Assembly (NCBI RefSeq): GCF_006345805.1
Contig: NC_043016.1
Location: 20,894,001-20,958,000 of the forward strand
Length of the DNA: 64,000 nucleotides
Reading direction: 5' to 3'
Origin: Octopus sinensis
Lineage: Eukaryota
How positions within the stretch are numbered: the first letter of the stretch is position 1; every line of letters begins with the position of its first letter. Of the stretch, positions 11,384 through 24,689 are shown in pieces. The notes beneath the pieces are model-generated. The model had not been told where the DNA came from and made no database searches. It saw only the letters and a list, made by a program, of their open reading frames with translations. The translations under genes were made by a program, and so were the position numbers.

Positions 11384-12604
11384 TACTTAACTAAAAGGGA
11401 GTCTCCTCTTTAGATTTCTTGTCTTCTTGATATTTGATTCAAGAATTTTCATAAGTATTATATATGTATAGTGTAAATGTGTATGTGTGTACATATAGGG
11501 TGCATATGTGCATGTATGTATTTGTGAGTGTGTGTATAGTGTGCATGCATGTCCTTGTGTGTCACGCAACCATAATCATATATCACTTTCTCTGCCTAAC
11601 CAATCAAAATATCAGACTACGCTGTAATAAGGACACAGTACATTCCCATTGTAGTATGTATATTCTTTTATTCATAATATTGATCTTACTGCACACATGG
11701 GCTATTTCAATTTGTTATCACATGAAAAGAGATAAGAATGTTTATATCAATGATTTATGACATTAGTAATGCAAATGAAAATTAAAAACAACAGAAGGGC
11801 AGCAGCACACAATGATAATATGCCTTAACAAAAAATACAAGACTTATGTTTGGAATGTTTCATATATTTCCACTAATGACCATCCATGAGGGTATGATGT
11901 AAGTTTGCAGAAAAGATTTACTACATACCACCTGCAAAGAGAATTAGGAATAGTACAGATCTACAAAAACATATCTGTTGGCATTATCGTCTTCCCTATA
12001 CGGGTTTAACTACTCCTGCCTCAAAAATATTCATATACTTTGGCATAACTTTCCCTCAGCATAAACACTATATAATCTTTAATAAAAATGCTGTCAGACT
12101 TTTCTATTCCACTGCATCTAAGCTAGCTGAAAATATTGCTTCTTCTAACATGGCTAAATTATATCTATAAGTAGGAGTAATAATTTTAGCAACTGCACCA
12201 ATTCCAAAGCGTTCCCTAAACTGAGAAGCTTAGCTAAGGATAAGTTTATAAATGTTTAGTAAACCATACAATTCTAACAAAGTTTATACAGATTTAATTG
12301 CTTGTAACTTTAAGGTAAAATACCACTCCTTTCAATACTCAGAAAAAAAAAAATTCAATGTCACTCTCTAGGTATTTCAGTCCATAGGGTGCAACTACAG
12401 ATATCCTATGAACTAAAATGTGGTATATTGAATAAAGCTAAGGTATGTACAGGTAACAGAAAACCATGTGACCTATATACAGCAGGACTGTTGCTTAGAA
12501 GCAAACAAGGATTGGTGAGAAGAAGAATAATCCTATTCTTTATGATCCTCCAGCTAATCTTTTTTTACATACTAAATAGATATAGATTAATCATTTATAT
12601 CATC

Positions 12605-12775
12605 ATCTTCATTTAATGTCCACCTTCCATGCTGGCATGGGTTGGACGGTTTGACAGGAGCCGGCCAGGCAGAAGCCTGCATCAGACTCCTGTATCTGTT
12701 TTGGCAGGGTTTTTATGGTTGGATGCCCTTCCTAACACCAACCACACAGTTGAGTGGACTGAGTCTTTTTAAAAA
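12605..12775 (-). mobile_element. RTE-tail SINE-like element (family B)
   Basis: tttaatgtcc...ccatgctggcatgggttggacgg...ggatgcccttcctaac; same family at 22620-22970, 25860-26150, 29091-29452, 31095-31300, 44480-44660, 55830-56030. Confidence 0.8.
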
Positions 12776-12799
12776 ATCTGTGTGTGCATAGAAGGTAGA

Positions 12800-14260
12800 A
12801 AAAGCTGTTGGCCCTTCAGAAATAACTTTTCGGGCACTCAAAATATCTGGTGAAGTAGGATACATGCTAGTCACCTGAACAGTTAATCAAGTAATGCACG
12901 AAGGTGTCATACCTCATGATTGGCAGTATCTATAGAAATTGTTACTAGGGCAGAGAAGATGCTTTAGTGAGAGGGAAGTATGGAAGCATTAAATTGTTGG
13001 ACCAGGTTATGGTCAGAGAAAGGGTCATGGCATAATTGATTATGATGATAGACAGATAAGATGCAGTTCAGTTTTATGCCTAAAAGTAATACATACACCA
13101 GCAACTGCAGGAGAAATATGTACCAAACAATAAGCTGCAACACCTAGCATTATTTGACTTGGAGAAGATCTTTGACATGGTGTTACATTCACTAATCTTG
13201 TGGTCACTAAGAAACTAGGAGTAGATGAATGGTTTGTAAAGATTGCACAAGCTATATACAAAGGTACAGTCAGTAAAGTAAGAGCTGATACTGAATTTAG
13301 CATGAAGGTAAGTATTCATCAAGGCTCAGTCCTAAACTGTTCCTATTCATAAGTCTTACAAACCATCACAAAGGAACTCTAAATCAGCTGTCCAAGGAAA
13401 CTTCTTTATGATGATGATCTAGATTGTATAGCTGATTTTATAGAAGAATTAGGGAAGAAGAACCAAAGAAACAAAACCAAGAACCAGGTGGCCTCAAAAT
13501 ATTTAGCAGGGAAAGAAAACCCTGGTATTATTAGAAAAATGGCCTTGGATAATACAGACAGAAAGTCTATGTGGTGTAAGTTATGCATGCACGAGAAATG
13601 AAGGCTAACAGAGAATGCAGGCTTTCTATGAAGTAGAGGCACTGGCAATAAGCACTTAGTGCATGCTAGGAAAATTCTTCTTAACAATTGTCTAGTTCAC
13701 TAGAAGTAGAGAGTAGCTTCTGTTAAACAGGTGGCATAATTAGCGGTAGAGATGTTTATTCTGAATGTATAGTAGCTAGGGTAAAAAACTGATTGGAAAA
13801 GTTCAGGGAGTTATTAACTCTGCTGGTGAAGAAGGCATTCTCTTTCAGTGTGAACGCAAACTGTATGATGCATGATGATACTAACATACTGCATAGTAGT
13901 ATTAACATGAGTATTGGATGCAGATCTGCGAAGGTGAGAAAGTAATGAAACAAGCATGTTCTAATGAATGTATGACATAAGTGTGCATGAATGACAGAGT
14001 ATAATTGAGCTGAGAGAAAAACTGCAATAAGGAGAATCAAATGTAGCATGCAAGAGAGAGGGGCTTGTGTTATGTGATACATATGGAGGAAGACTGCTGC
14101 AAAAAGAAGTGCTATGAGCCCCAAGTAGGCAGAACTTGTGGAAGTGGAGAGATTGAGGAAGATATAAAATGAAGTGGTAAATGCCTTGCCTGAAGATGCT
14201 GTACCATGTGGAGATGACCAGGAACCATACTAATTGGCAATATGTGATGTTAGGGTGAAA
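12800..14260 (+). mobile_element. Decayed RTE LINE (RT domain to 3' end)
   Basis: Remnants MQFSFMP, LRKLGVDEWFV, IHQGSVL, LLYDDDL (YADD-like); many stops. Confidence 0.85.
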
Positions 14261-16693
14261 CATGCATTGAAATTATGATAGAGATAGAGGTCTCTGTATG
14301 CTTGTGTGTGTGTGTGTGTGTGTGTGTGTATAGGTATGTATGTGTGTGTGTGTGTATAGGTATGTGTGTATAGGTATATATTCGTATCCTGCCAAGCCTA
14401 TTTTTCTGCCACCCCTGTTTTTTTTTTATTTTCTTTGTTTAATTTTCATTTTATAAACATTACACTGTACATACATGGTACAGTATGATATATTTTAATA
14501 ATTTTAAATGGATTAATAAACATTGGCTAGATCCTGCTTTGGAAATGTATTAATTTAAATTTATTGAACACATTTTAGTTCTTTACTTTTCATAGTTTAA
14601 TATACATTTCAAGTATGTATTTAGGCTGTCTCCAGAAAACTGGAAAATACAAAAATCCAAGCCACTTCTGGATCCAAGTTTGTAGGATAATTGGTCTGAT
14701 ACAGTATTAGTATATAATAAATTATACTGAAACTGTCAAAATTCCTAAGTATGCAAAATTTGAATGGCCTTGTTCCATCTGCTAATCACATTTGCTGCAT
14801 GTGTGCATTCTTATTTGGATATTTGCTCATTTAACATAATCACATTACCTTTTTAATACATTAGAATTTTTTTGTAAGGCAATATTTCTTTGTGTATGTT
14901 ATTGCTCTTTTGTTGTTTTTAATTAGTTATGTTGTAGTCTAACCTCAACTGAAATGTGAAAACATAAAAACAGCTTGCATATGCAACAAGGTGAATATCA
15001 CAAATTAAGGTATGAGCATATGTGTTGATATGTGTGCTTATGCATACATGCACATATGTACATATGTACATATATATATACACACACATACAAACATATA
15101 CATATGTATGTATATATGTATGTAAATGTATAGCACACACACATATAAATCAACATATATGGGTGTGTCTGAGGATTTTGGTTATCAGCACTCATGAAAA
15201 AAATTAGACAAAAAAATATAACAATAATGCTAATTACAAAAATGTTAATTTTAATTCACTTAAAAAACTAATAATGATAATTAATAAGTGTTTATTTGAA
15301 TTTCACTCAGATTTTAAATTAATCGTTGTTAAAATTTAAATGAAATTTTTTAAAAACATTGCCTGTTTTAAAATTCTTACTGAAATATTTGTATGAAAGA
15401 ATAATTGACTCTTAAAAATTTAATTAAAATTTTATCAAAACTAATTTATTTGTTACTGGAAATTCACACCATTTTTATAATTAAAATTCTAAAAGTCAAT
15501 TAAAATGTTCTGATATATTTTTGTAATTAAAATTTAAACATAATTAAAATTTTATATAAATAAAATAAAAAATTCCAGCTTTGAAACTCTGAAACTAATT
15601 TCTGCACACCTAAAATGATGATTACTATTTTTTTTTTATTTACTAATAGGTTTTAGTAATTGAAGACACTTTACAACAACCTTTTATCAAAAAAAAAAAA
15701 AAATTACATTTTTTGTTATTTCTTTCTTAAATTTTATTTTCATATTATTTATTTTCTTTGCAATTTTCATTTTGCTTTTGAATTGTATTTTCCTATGTTA
15801 AATGTAAATGTTTTTGTGTGGAAAGATTTTATTTGTTCTTTTGAACTACTTACTTTTCTTTACTGTTTACTTTTTAAAGATAACAGATAATTACATTTAA
15901 CAAAACAAAATTTGTTTTTAAAAACTGAAAAATAAAAAATTTTTAATTTCTTTTACGAATTAGTTAAATTTTTTTATTTCGAGATATTTAACAGGGAAAT
16001 TTAAATAAATTAGAAGACTCTTCTCTGGATCATTCAAAAAAACGTTCGGGAGTTCTGAGGGGAAATATGACAGCAGCAGACTGCAGAGAGAAATTAGACA
16101 GACAGGCAGAAAACAAGAGAATAAAAAAACAAAATGAAGATGGATCGAGGAAAAAAGACAGAAAAAAAAAACAAGATGCAGAGGGTAAAAAAAAAGAAGA
16201 CATAAGATAGAAGAAAAAAGGATTACATACAACAACAGCAGAGAGATAAGAAATTATTCTGCCAGAGTCGCAATAGAAAACAGATGATGACAGTCCATCT
16301 TTGTACCATCTATATACATATCTGTCTATCTATCTATTTATCCAACAAACAGTCTGTCTATATGAGGATAACAAGACACTGCCAAACTGTCTTAATATCA
16401 ACACTCATTCTAAGGTGCTGTCCCCTTCAATATTTCTTTAGTATGCAGATGTTATGAAATCCTCAAGTGCATTCCAGCCTTTTGCTCCCTATATATGTGT
16501 GTATCTGTACAGGAGTGTATGTGTGTGTATACATATATATATATACAAACACATATAATTATACATACATATATATATAGATATACATACGTGTATATCT
16601 ATATATAATATATATATATACATGTTATATATACATGTATATATATCTATATATGATATATATATACATGTATGCGTATATTTACCTATCCAT

Positions 16694-16749
<56 letters not shown>

Positions 16750-17692
16750 ACATGTATGTGTATATTTACCTATCCTATATATGCACACACACACACATAT
16801 ATACACACACACATATAATATATATATATATATATATACATAATACATACACATGTATACACACACACTCATTCACCTATATATGCTCTCTCTCACTTCT
16901 CTCTCTCTCCCTCCCTCTCTGTATGTTTATGTATATTACTCTTAAGTAATATATACAAACTTCAATTATGAGTTTGTTAGATCTAGTCTTGACTGAATAA
17001 ACTCATGATCAAAGGAACTATGACTATCCAATATTTTTCTTTTGGAGACAGAAATATCCATGGTGACATCTTCTGACATGCTACTCCATAAATATGATTT
17101 TAAGGAGATTTTGTTACTATATCTAGCTGACTGAGCAACAACTAAGAAGCTTTTTTGTTGTCTTCTGAGCTTACTCATACTGATATTTGTGTATGTATAA
17201 ATATAAATGTATATATGATTTGAGCATGTACCTAAATATGGGAGTGTGTATTTGTATGGATATATGTGCTCATGCATACACTACTCACATATGCACAGGC
17301 ACCATACAAAAAATGTATATATAAATATACAATATATATGTGTGTGTGTGTGTGTGCATTCATATTTATGTAGAGAAAAATTAACATGAATATCATAAAT
17401 ATGCAAGTACATATAAAGATATTTATATATACATATAAACAAAATCATATGCACTTATGTGTGCATATAATTTATATATATATACATACACACAAGCACA
17501 CACACACACACACACATATATATACATACATATTTGTGTGTACATCTATCTACCTATATATCTAATCTATCAGTATCTCACTATGAATACATATATATAT
17601 ATATATTGCTATTTAGTCATGTTATTGATACAGCAAACACTATATCTATCTATCCATCCATCTATCTATCTTTCTATCCATTGGTCTCTCTC

Positions 17693-17748
<56 letters not shown>

Positions 17749-17777
17749 TTCTCTCTGTATATATATATATATATATA

Positions 17778-18621
17778 TAAAATTTTTAGAAGATAAAAAT
17801 TTCGGTTGTCAGTAATTTACATCCAAATATACGAAATCATGCTTCCAGTGATTTATAAGACTTGATTGGACAGGATATGTTGTTCCATACATATACTTTT
17901 AGGATCAATAAACACATGTGTATATTAAAATAATTTAAATAATAAAAAATAAATGGAGTAAGACATTCTATTTGAATATATATAGCAAAGACATCAGATC
18001 ATAAGAAATGTATAGATTCATATATTCGAGGGAGAATAAAAATAGTAAATAGAGTTCAGCAATATGAGATATGAAAGTAAATGTCACTTAAATCATTTGG
18101 ACGTCAAATGATTAAATAATTAAAAAATATAATTGACAAAATAGATACAGGACGTCCACCCACCAATAGGAAATCGTCATGTAGAACTTAACTGAACTTT
18201 ACCACAAACAGTGAACCCTGAAGAAGAAAATATTATTTCAATGGAGCTGAATATACAGATTGTTCCTACAGCCGTTTAATATTTTCTGAATCGGACGTAG
18301 GTTTTTAAGTGACATTTACCTTCATATCTCATATTGCTGAACTCTATTTACAATTTTTATTCTCCCTCGAATATATGAATCTACACATTTCTTATGATCT
18401 GATGTCTTTGTTATATATATTCAAATAGAATGTCTTACTCCATTTATTTTTTATTATTTAAATTATTTTAATATACACATGTGTTTAATGATCCTAAAAG
18501 TATATGAATGGAACAACATATCCTGTCCAATCAAGTCTTATAATTCACTGGAAGCATGATTTCATATATTTGGATGTAAATTACTGACAACCGAAATTTT
18601 CATTTTCTACTAAAAATTTTA
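17778..18621. mobile_element. Foldback element with about 312-bp terminal inverted repeats and a 217-bp spacer
   Basis: 17778-18089 is the near-exact reverse complement of 18307-18621. Confidence 0.88.
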
Positions 18622-19086
18622 TTACTCCTTAGCTCATAAATGAGCACAATAAACAGTTGTACTATAAATGGAGTATCATTTCCACTAAAATTTCTTATTA
18701 TATATATATATATATATATATATTCTCAATGTTGTGTTTGCACATTTTTACTTACAAAATAACTTTACAGACAAAGTAAAAGAAACCCAATACCTTAGGA
18801 AATGGGACATAATGTCGCCTGAGCTAATATATGCAAAATGTTTGTATGCTTGTATGTATATGTATGCATGTGTGGATGTATGTACATATGTATGTGTGTA
18901 TACATATATATATACACACATACTCCCACATGCATGCACGCATGCACACACGCACTCAGCTAGTTCATTCTATGTAAAATTACATGTCTGAACCAAGATA
19001 TCTCTAAGTTTGTATATTGGTCAACTGTATTCAGCAGTGGACCAAGAGGAGACAGATATATGTATGTGTACATACATAAAAGTAAG

Positions 19087-19118
<32 letters not shown>

Positions 19119-19288
19119 AAACACACACATAAACACATACATGCACATAAATTTATATGCATGCCTACATACAAACACACACACAAACAACCATACACAC
19201 ACATTTAAAAATATATGTAATCATATATTAAACTATCTCCAAAGACAAATTAACAGCACATTAACTCCATGTTAAATATATCCTGGAC

Positions 19289-19407
19289 TTAAACTTGACT
19301 ATGTTGTCTAGGAGGCATCTTCTCCCCTCGACTCTGTGGAAGAGAGTCACTTTGTTGTGAAGCTGTTGGTCTTGGAGGGATATTGTACGGTACTGGGCCT
19401 CTGTGAC
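19289..19407 (-). CDS. TANGO1: TANGO1 terminal coding exon: (G)HRGPVPYNIPPRPTASQQSDSLPQSRGEKMPPRQHSQV*
   Basis: ctttattttctattgcag|GT CAC...GTT TAA; phase 1 matches the previous donor; stop TAA at 19291-19289. Confidence 0.88.
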
Positions 19408-19694
19408 CTGCAATAGAAAATAAAGATTAATCATGTTTGTATTTTAACAGAAAAAAGTTTATGTAATGGATGCATTTCCTATTATATACTATGCAGACCT
19501 GAAATGTACACATCAAATGATTCCAAAATATCACTTTTTGGTTTGGCATTATTATTACAATGTATACAACTCAATACCAGTACAAACTAGCCGGTCCAAA
19601 CCAACTTATATGGATGCTCTAACAATGATTTGAGTAGTTTTATATATATATATATACAGACACACACACACACACATATACAGATTAATGTTGT

Positions 19695-20400
19695 AAAACC
19701 TGGCTTCGGTATCTCATAGTCATGGTTGCAGGGCACATGCCCTAGAAGGTCCAAGCTACAAAGGCACTGGACTACTGAATCCTACGAAAAGATTGTTTTG
19801 CTGAAGTGAGATCATAGTTTATTCGCTTGAGGTTGGAAACTAGCTAAACAGAAGAGGTAATCATGGCCTGCCTGCCTAGCAAGAGGAATCACTTCATTAG
19901 AAAGCTACCATAATGCAAAGAAATGGGTCTCAGCATCCATGGCAGGGGAGCAAAATCCAGGTGACCAGAGGCTGCTAAGAATCTCAGGTATACATAAACT
20001 ACCAAGGAATTGAACAACAACGCTTGCCATATGTACCTACCATTGCAGGTCTTTGGCAAGGAGAACAGAAATGGCTCATCTAATGGAGGAGAGAAAGAAT
20101 ATCCATTGCAATGTGCAAGGGCTTTATGAAACACATGGAAAGGAATAAATAAATGCAAGATAGAGAGATGGAAGTGACATGTAGGAAAAGCAGAAGGTTC
20201 ATTGCAAGCAAAGAATGGACTTGTTGCTTACCAATTGCCTTCATGATATATTAGAGTGGTAGACATTTGTTTCTCAAGAAATGCCACCCTGAAGATCATT
20301 CAGATATATGCTTCCACAAATACAAGTGAAGATAGAAATGGAAGTGCATTGTAACCAATAATGTATAACAACCTCTGATAGTCTGGTTGATACAGTGTTA
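19695..20400 (+). mobile_element. Decayed RTE 5' region (APE endonuclease remnant)
   Basis: TLKIIQIYASTNTSEDRE resembles the RTE APE motif IIQVYAPT. Confidence 0.55.
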
Positions 20401-20405
20401 TTATG

Positions 20406-20438
<33 letters not shown>

Positions 20439-20444
20439 ACCGGT

Positions 20445-20880
20445 GTTCGGCCAAACCCGACCTCTCTTTCTTGGTTCGACTACCATCTGTGCAACATCTA
20501 TATTCCTCCCTATGCCTATCATCTCTTATGTCCCTGCATGTCAGCTTAATTTAATTCATTCTTAGTTGAAAGACACCTGTTGTTAATGTCCTTTATTTGC
20601 ATTTGTATTTGTGTACCATTTCTCCATTTTTTCCATCCTTGTTTTCGTATACATTCGCTGCTTTCTTCCAGGAATCTAGTGCTCTTAGCTTAGTTTTTTC
20701 CTTGGGGCTGGCCAGATTGGAGTAATCTCGAGTATAACCAGCCAAAATTGCAAAGATAATCTGGAACTCAACTGAAGAAAGAAAACTCCAAATGACCCAT
20801 CCTTGATTTTTGTATTGTCTGTCTGGATGTTTTGCATTCTTGTCCCTTTTTGATATTCCTTTATATATATAATTTCAATA
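20445..20880 (+). mobile_element. Penelope-like pLTR fragment
   Basis: Composition like the other pLTRs; degenerate ctgaagaaagaaaactccaaat core at about 20772-20793. Confidence 0.45.
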
Positions 20881-22427
20881 AGGAGCAAATAACTCAGCAG
20901 AAAGTATTTACGAAGATATTATGAACTCTATTATTATCTAGGGTAACATAATTAAATTAATAATAAGAGAATTAGTAATATAGGTGATTGCACACCCAAA
21001 AAAGCATTAAATAGGTGAAGGATTAAAATTTGTATTAATCAAAGGACATACTGAGTATGTCTACTTACTGGAAATAACAGTCAAAATTCTTATTTAAACT
21101 GCTGAAAAAATAACACTGATAATAACTACAGAAAATAGATCAAGAAAATCTTTCAACATAACTATATAGCATCCAGTTATATATTTTCTAGTATTTGGAT
21201 TCATGTGGACTGATTTCTGGACTGGCATTATAGTCTCTCCTTCCTCAGCACATGTTACCACGATAAAAAAAAAACCCTAACCCATCACATTGAAGCCTGT
21301 GCTGCAAACTGATTTAATTTTCCCCAAATCATAGCAGTTTCAGCGTGAAAAATAATTCCAATAAAGAGTAAATAATTCAGCAGAAAATATTTACAAAGAT
21401 ATTATGAACTCTATTATCTATTTTTGGCAGTTTAAATAAGAGTTTTGACTGTTATTTCCAGCAAGTAGACATACTCAGTATGTCTTTTGATTAATGTAAG
21501 TATGTGTGTGTGTGTGTTTGTTTACATTTCTGTATTTCAAAAATCACAAGTTATAAGTAATAATGTTATTTCTCTAGTCAACAAATAGTCTGTTGGGTTT
21601 GCACCTTTGAAGACATATGAAATTTAAGATCCCTTTCTGATAAAACAAGTAAGGGTCAGTGATATGAAGGGTGTTCAGCTCTTCAATTATGGCTCAATAA
21701 TATATTTTTATAACTTATGTTTATGTGGGGAAGATGGACATAAAAACAAATGAATTAAAATAAAATATATGTGTGTGTGTGTTAGTGTGTGTATACACCA
21801 TTGTTTTAACACTCACTTTTTCATGCTTGTATAGATCAGACATAATTTGTTGAGGCAGAATTTCTAGGGCTGGATACCCTTCCTGTTGTCAATACTCACC
21901 TATTTCCAAGCAAGGTTATTTTCCCCCCATAGCTGGATATGTTTTCACAGAATATTGGGAACAAATGATACCCCATATATGTACAACAGTGATTCTTGTT
22001 TACAACAATCACACGTCAAGACATTGAGACCTAAATATACATACAAACACATACGAGGCTTCTTTCAGTTTCTATCCATCAAATTCAATTACAAAGTTTT
22101 AGTCTGTCCAAGGCTATAATAGAAGCCATTTGCCCAAAATATTGCGCACTGAGACTGAACCTGAAACCAAGTGGTTGAGAAGCAAACTTGTAAACCACAG
22201 AGCCAAGCACCCGACCACCACATATCTTCCTACCTCTTAGATTATTAAAATTATATCCTTACATGCTTTCTAATTTCACAAAGAAATCAACCCCAAGACT
22301 TATTCTTTGTAAGCCTAGTACTTACTCTATCTGTCTCATTTGCTGAAATGCTAAGTCACAGTGATGTAAACGGTTGTCAAGTGATGGTGGGGGGACAAAC
22401 ACATAAATATATATATATATATATATA

Positions 22428-23551
22428 CATACGTCACCAAAGTGACACAGGGCACTAATCAGCACCAGTATTACTAGAAATAAGAGTCAAAACAACTCAA
22501 TAGCAACACTGAATTGTTTTGACTCTTATTTCTAGCAATACCGGTGCTAATTAGTGCTCTTTGTCACTTTAGAGATGTATATATTTCTGCTTAACCTTTC
22601 ATCTGATACTTGATCGTTTCCTCTAATGCTCCCTTTGTTGTGGCAAGACACTAACCTCTTCACATGCCCTTGCCCCTCTCATAATTCCTTGTCTTGCGAG
22701 TTACTTGGTTACCTTGCCGGTGCTGGTGCCATGTTAAAAGCATCCAGTCCACACTGTAATGTGGTTGGCATTTGCAAGGACATCCAGCTGTAGAAATCAT
22801 GCTGAAACTAACCCTGCCTGTGCTGGTGTCATGTAAAAAGCACTGAGTACACACTGCCAAAACAGACACATTAGCCTAGGGTAGTTTTTCTACCTGGCCG
22901 GTTCCTGTCAACCATCCTACCGATGCATGCATGGCAGGTGGACATTAAACGATGATGATGATGATGATGATATATATATATATTATATACATACGTCACC
23001 AAAGTGACACAGGGCACTAATCAGCACCAGTATTACTAGAAATAAGAGTCAAAACAACTCAATAGCAACACTGAATTGTTTTGACTCTTATTTCTAGCAA
23101 TACCGGTGCTAATTAGTGCTCTTTGTCACTTTAGAGATGTATATATTTCTGCTTAACCTTTCATCTGATACTTGATCGTTTCCTCTAATGCTCCCTTTGT
23201 TGTGGCAAGACACTAACCTCTTCACATGCCCTTGCCCCTCTCATAATTCCTTGTCTTGCGAGTTACTTGGTTACCTTGCCGGTGCTGGTGCCATGTTAAA
23301 AGCATCCAGTCCACACTGTAATGTGGTTGGCATTTGCAAGGACATCCAGCTGTAGAAATCATGCTGAAACTAACCCTGCCTGTGCTGGTGTCATGTAAAA
23401 AGCACTGAGTACACACTGCCAAAACAGACACATTAGCCTAGGGTAGTTTTTCTACCTGGCCGGTTCCTGTCAACCATCCTACCGATGCATGCATGGCAGG
23501 TGGACATTAAACGATGATGATGATGATGATGATATATATATATATATATAT
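22428..23551. repeat. Two essentially identical 562-bp tandem units, each with a 132-bp hairpin MITE and a family-B SINE piece
   Basis: Identical 69-aa ORFs at 22660 and 23222 (offset 562); hairpins at 22439-22570 and 23001-23132. Confidence 0.95.
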
Positions 23552-23772
23552 ATATGACAGGTTTCTTTCAGTTTCTGTCTACAAGATCCACTCACAAGGC
23601 TTTGGTCAGCCTGAGACTATAGTAGCAGACACTTGTGTAAGATGCTACACAGTGGGACTGAACCCAGAACCATATAGTAGGGAAGCAAGCTTCTTACCAC
23701 ACAGCCTGCACAAACATTAAAATGATAATGACAATGGCATATATGTACACATATACACACATGCATACTTAC

Positions 23773-24230
23773 CATGAGCAACATTCATTGGAGGTGGTGG
23801 CCTGCCTTCACCTGGCATCCTCGGAGGTGGTGGCCGATGATGCAAATGATGAAGGTGATGAGGTGGAGGCGGAAGAGTTCCTGGTGGTGGGGGTGGGGGA
23901 GTTTTATTGGACATCGGTGACCTTCGATGTGTATCGGTACTGCTGCCCCCTGGTGGTGGTGGTGGACCAAACATGGCATCCCCTGGTGGTGGGGTTGGTT
24001 GAGGCATGCCCTTCTTTAATGGTCCAGAATTGGGACCGTGACCCTTTGCAGTCATCATTGGAGATGGATGTGGAGGTGGAGGCCCACCACGCAATCTAGG
24101 AGGTGGTGGACCACCACGGTGATGTGGGTGTGGAGGCACAGGTGACCTTATGTGGTGGGCCTTTGACCGAGAGTCTGGACGGTGTCCTGACGAGCTGCTG
24201 CCACCAGGTCCTTCTAATCCCATGTCGTCC
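23773..24230 (-). CDS. TANGO1: TANGO1 large Pro/His-rich exon: DDMGLEGPGGSSSSGHRPD...RGGPPPPRLRGGPPPP...PPPPPPGTLPPPPHHLHHLHHRPPPPRMPGEGRPPPPMNVAH(G)
   Basis: ttttccccag|G GAC...CAT G|gtaagt; 458 nt, phase 2-1; many PPP runs, as expected for the Sec23-binding proline-rich domain. Confidence 0.93.
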
Positions 24231-24689
24231 CTGGGGAAAAAACAGAAAATAAAATGGTGAGAAGGAGATGGAAACTGGTTAAAAAACATAAAAATGCACA
24301 TGATGGTTATGCTCAGAGAATTAGTTAGTGCAGAAATGTTATCCCTAATGATAGACATAACAGCAACATTGTGAAGTGCCAGAAAGGAAAAGAAGCTGCT
24401 TTAGACTGAAGTAAACACTGAAGTATTAAATTGATAGACTAAGTAGGAGAGAAGAGAGAGAAGGGGAGAGAGAAGTGGGGAACAGAAAGAGTGAGAGTAA
24501 AAGAGAGAGAAAAGAGAGAGACTGACAGACGTTGGCAAAGAGGTGTTTTAGTAGAGTTAATCCAAAGGAACTAGTTTAGATGAATTTGTTTGTGTCTACT
24601 TCTTCATAGTGAGACAGCTACAAAATTTTTTCTTTACCAGGACTATATCATAAAACCGAGAATTTATTTTATTTGGAGAAGGCATTTCA

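Noticed and set aside
11870-12240. Possible NUMT or exon (minus FRERFGIGAVAKIITP...; ~90 open codons on plus)
   Set aside because: No match to mitochondrial proteins under the invertebrate code that I could recognise; no consistent splice pair; open run is at chance level.
8300-12445. Isolated plus-strand exon-like bits (about 8378-8447 VKNGRWTSRASG..., 12380-12441 HRVQLQISYELK...)
   Set aside because: Could not be chained by phase or homology into a gene.
16966-17277. Minus-strand ORF MSKLRRQQKSFLVV...DLTNS
   Set aside because: No recognisable domain, weak acceptor, starts in a microsatellite; length is within chance expectation for 64 kb.
23722-24099. Plus-strand 125-aa ORF and minus alternative-frame ORF 23785-23979
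   Set aside because: Antisense or shifted-frame shadows of the Pro-rich TANGO1 exon.
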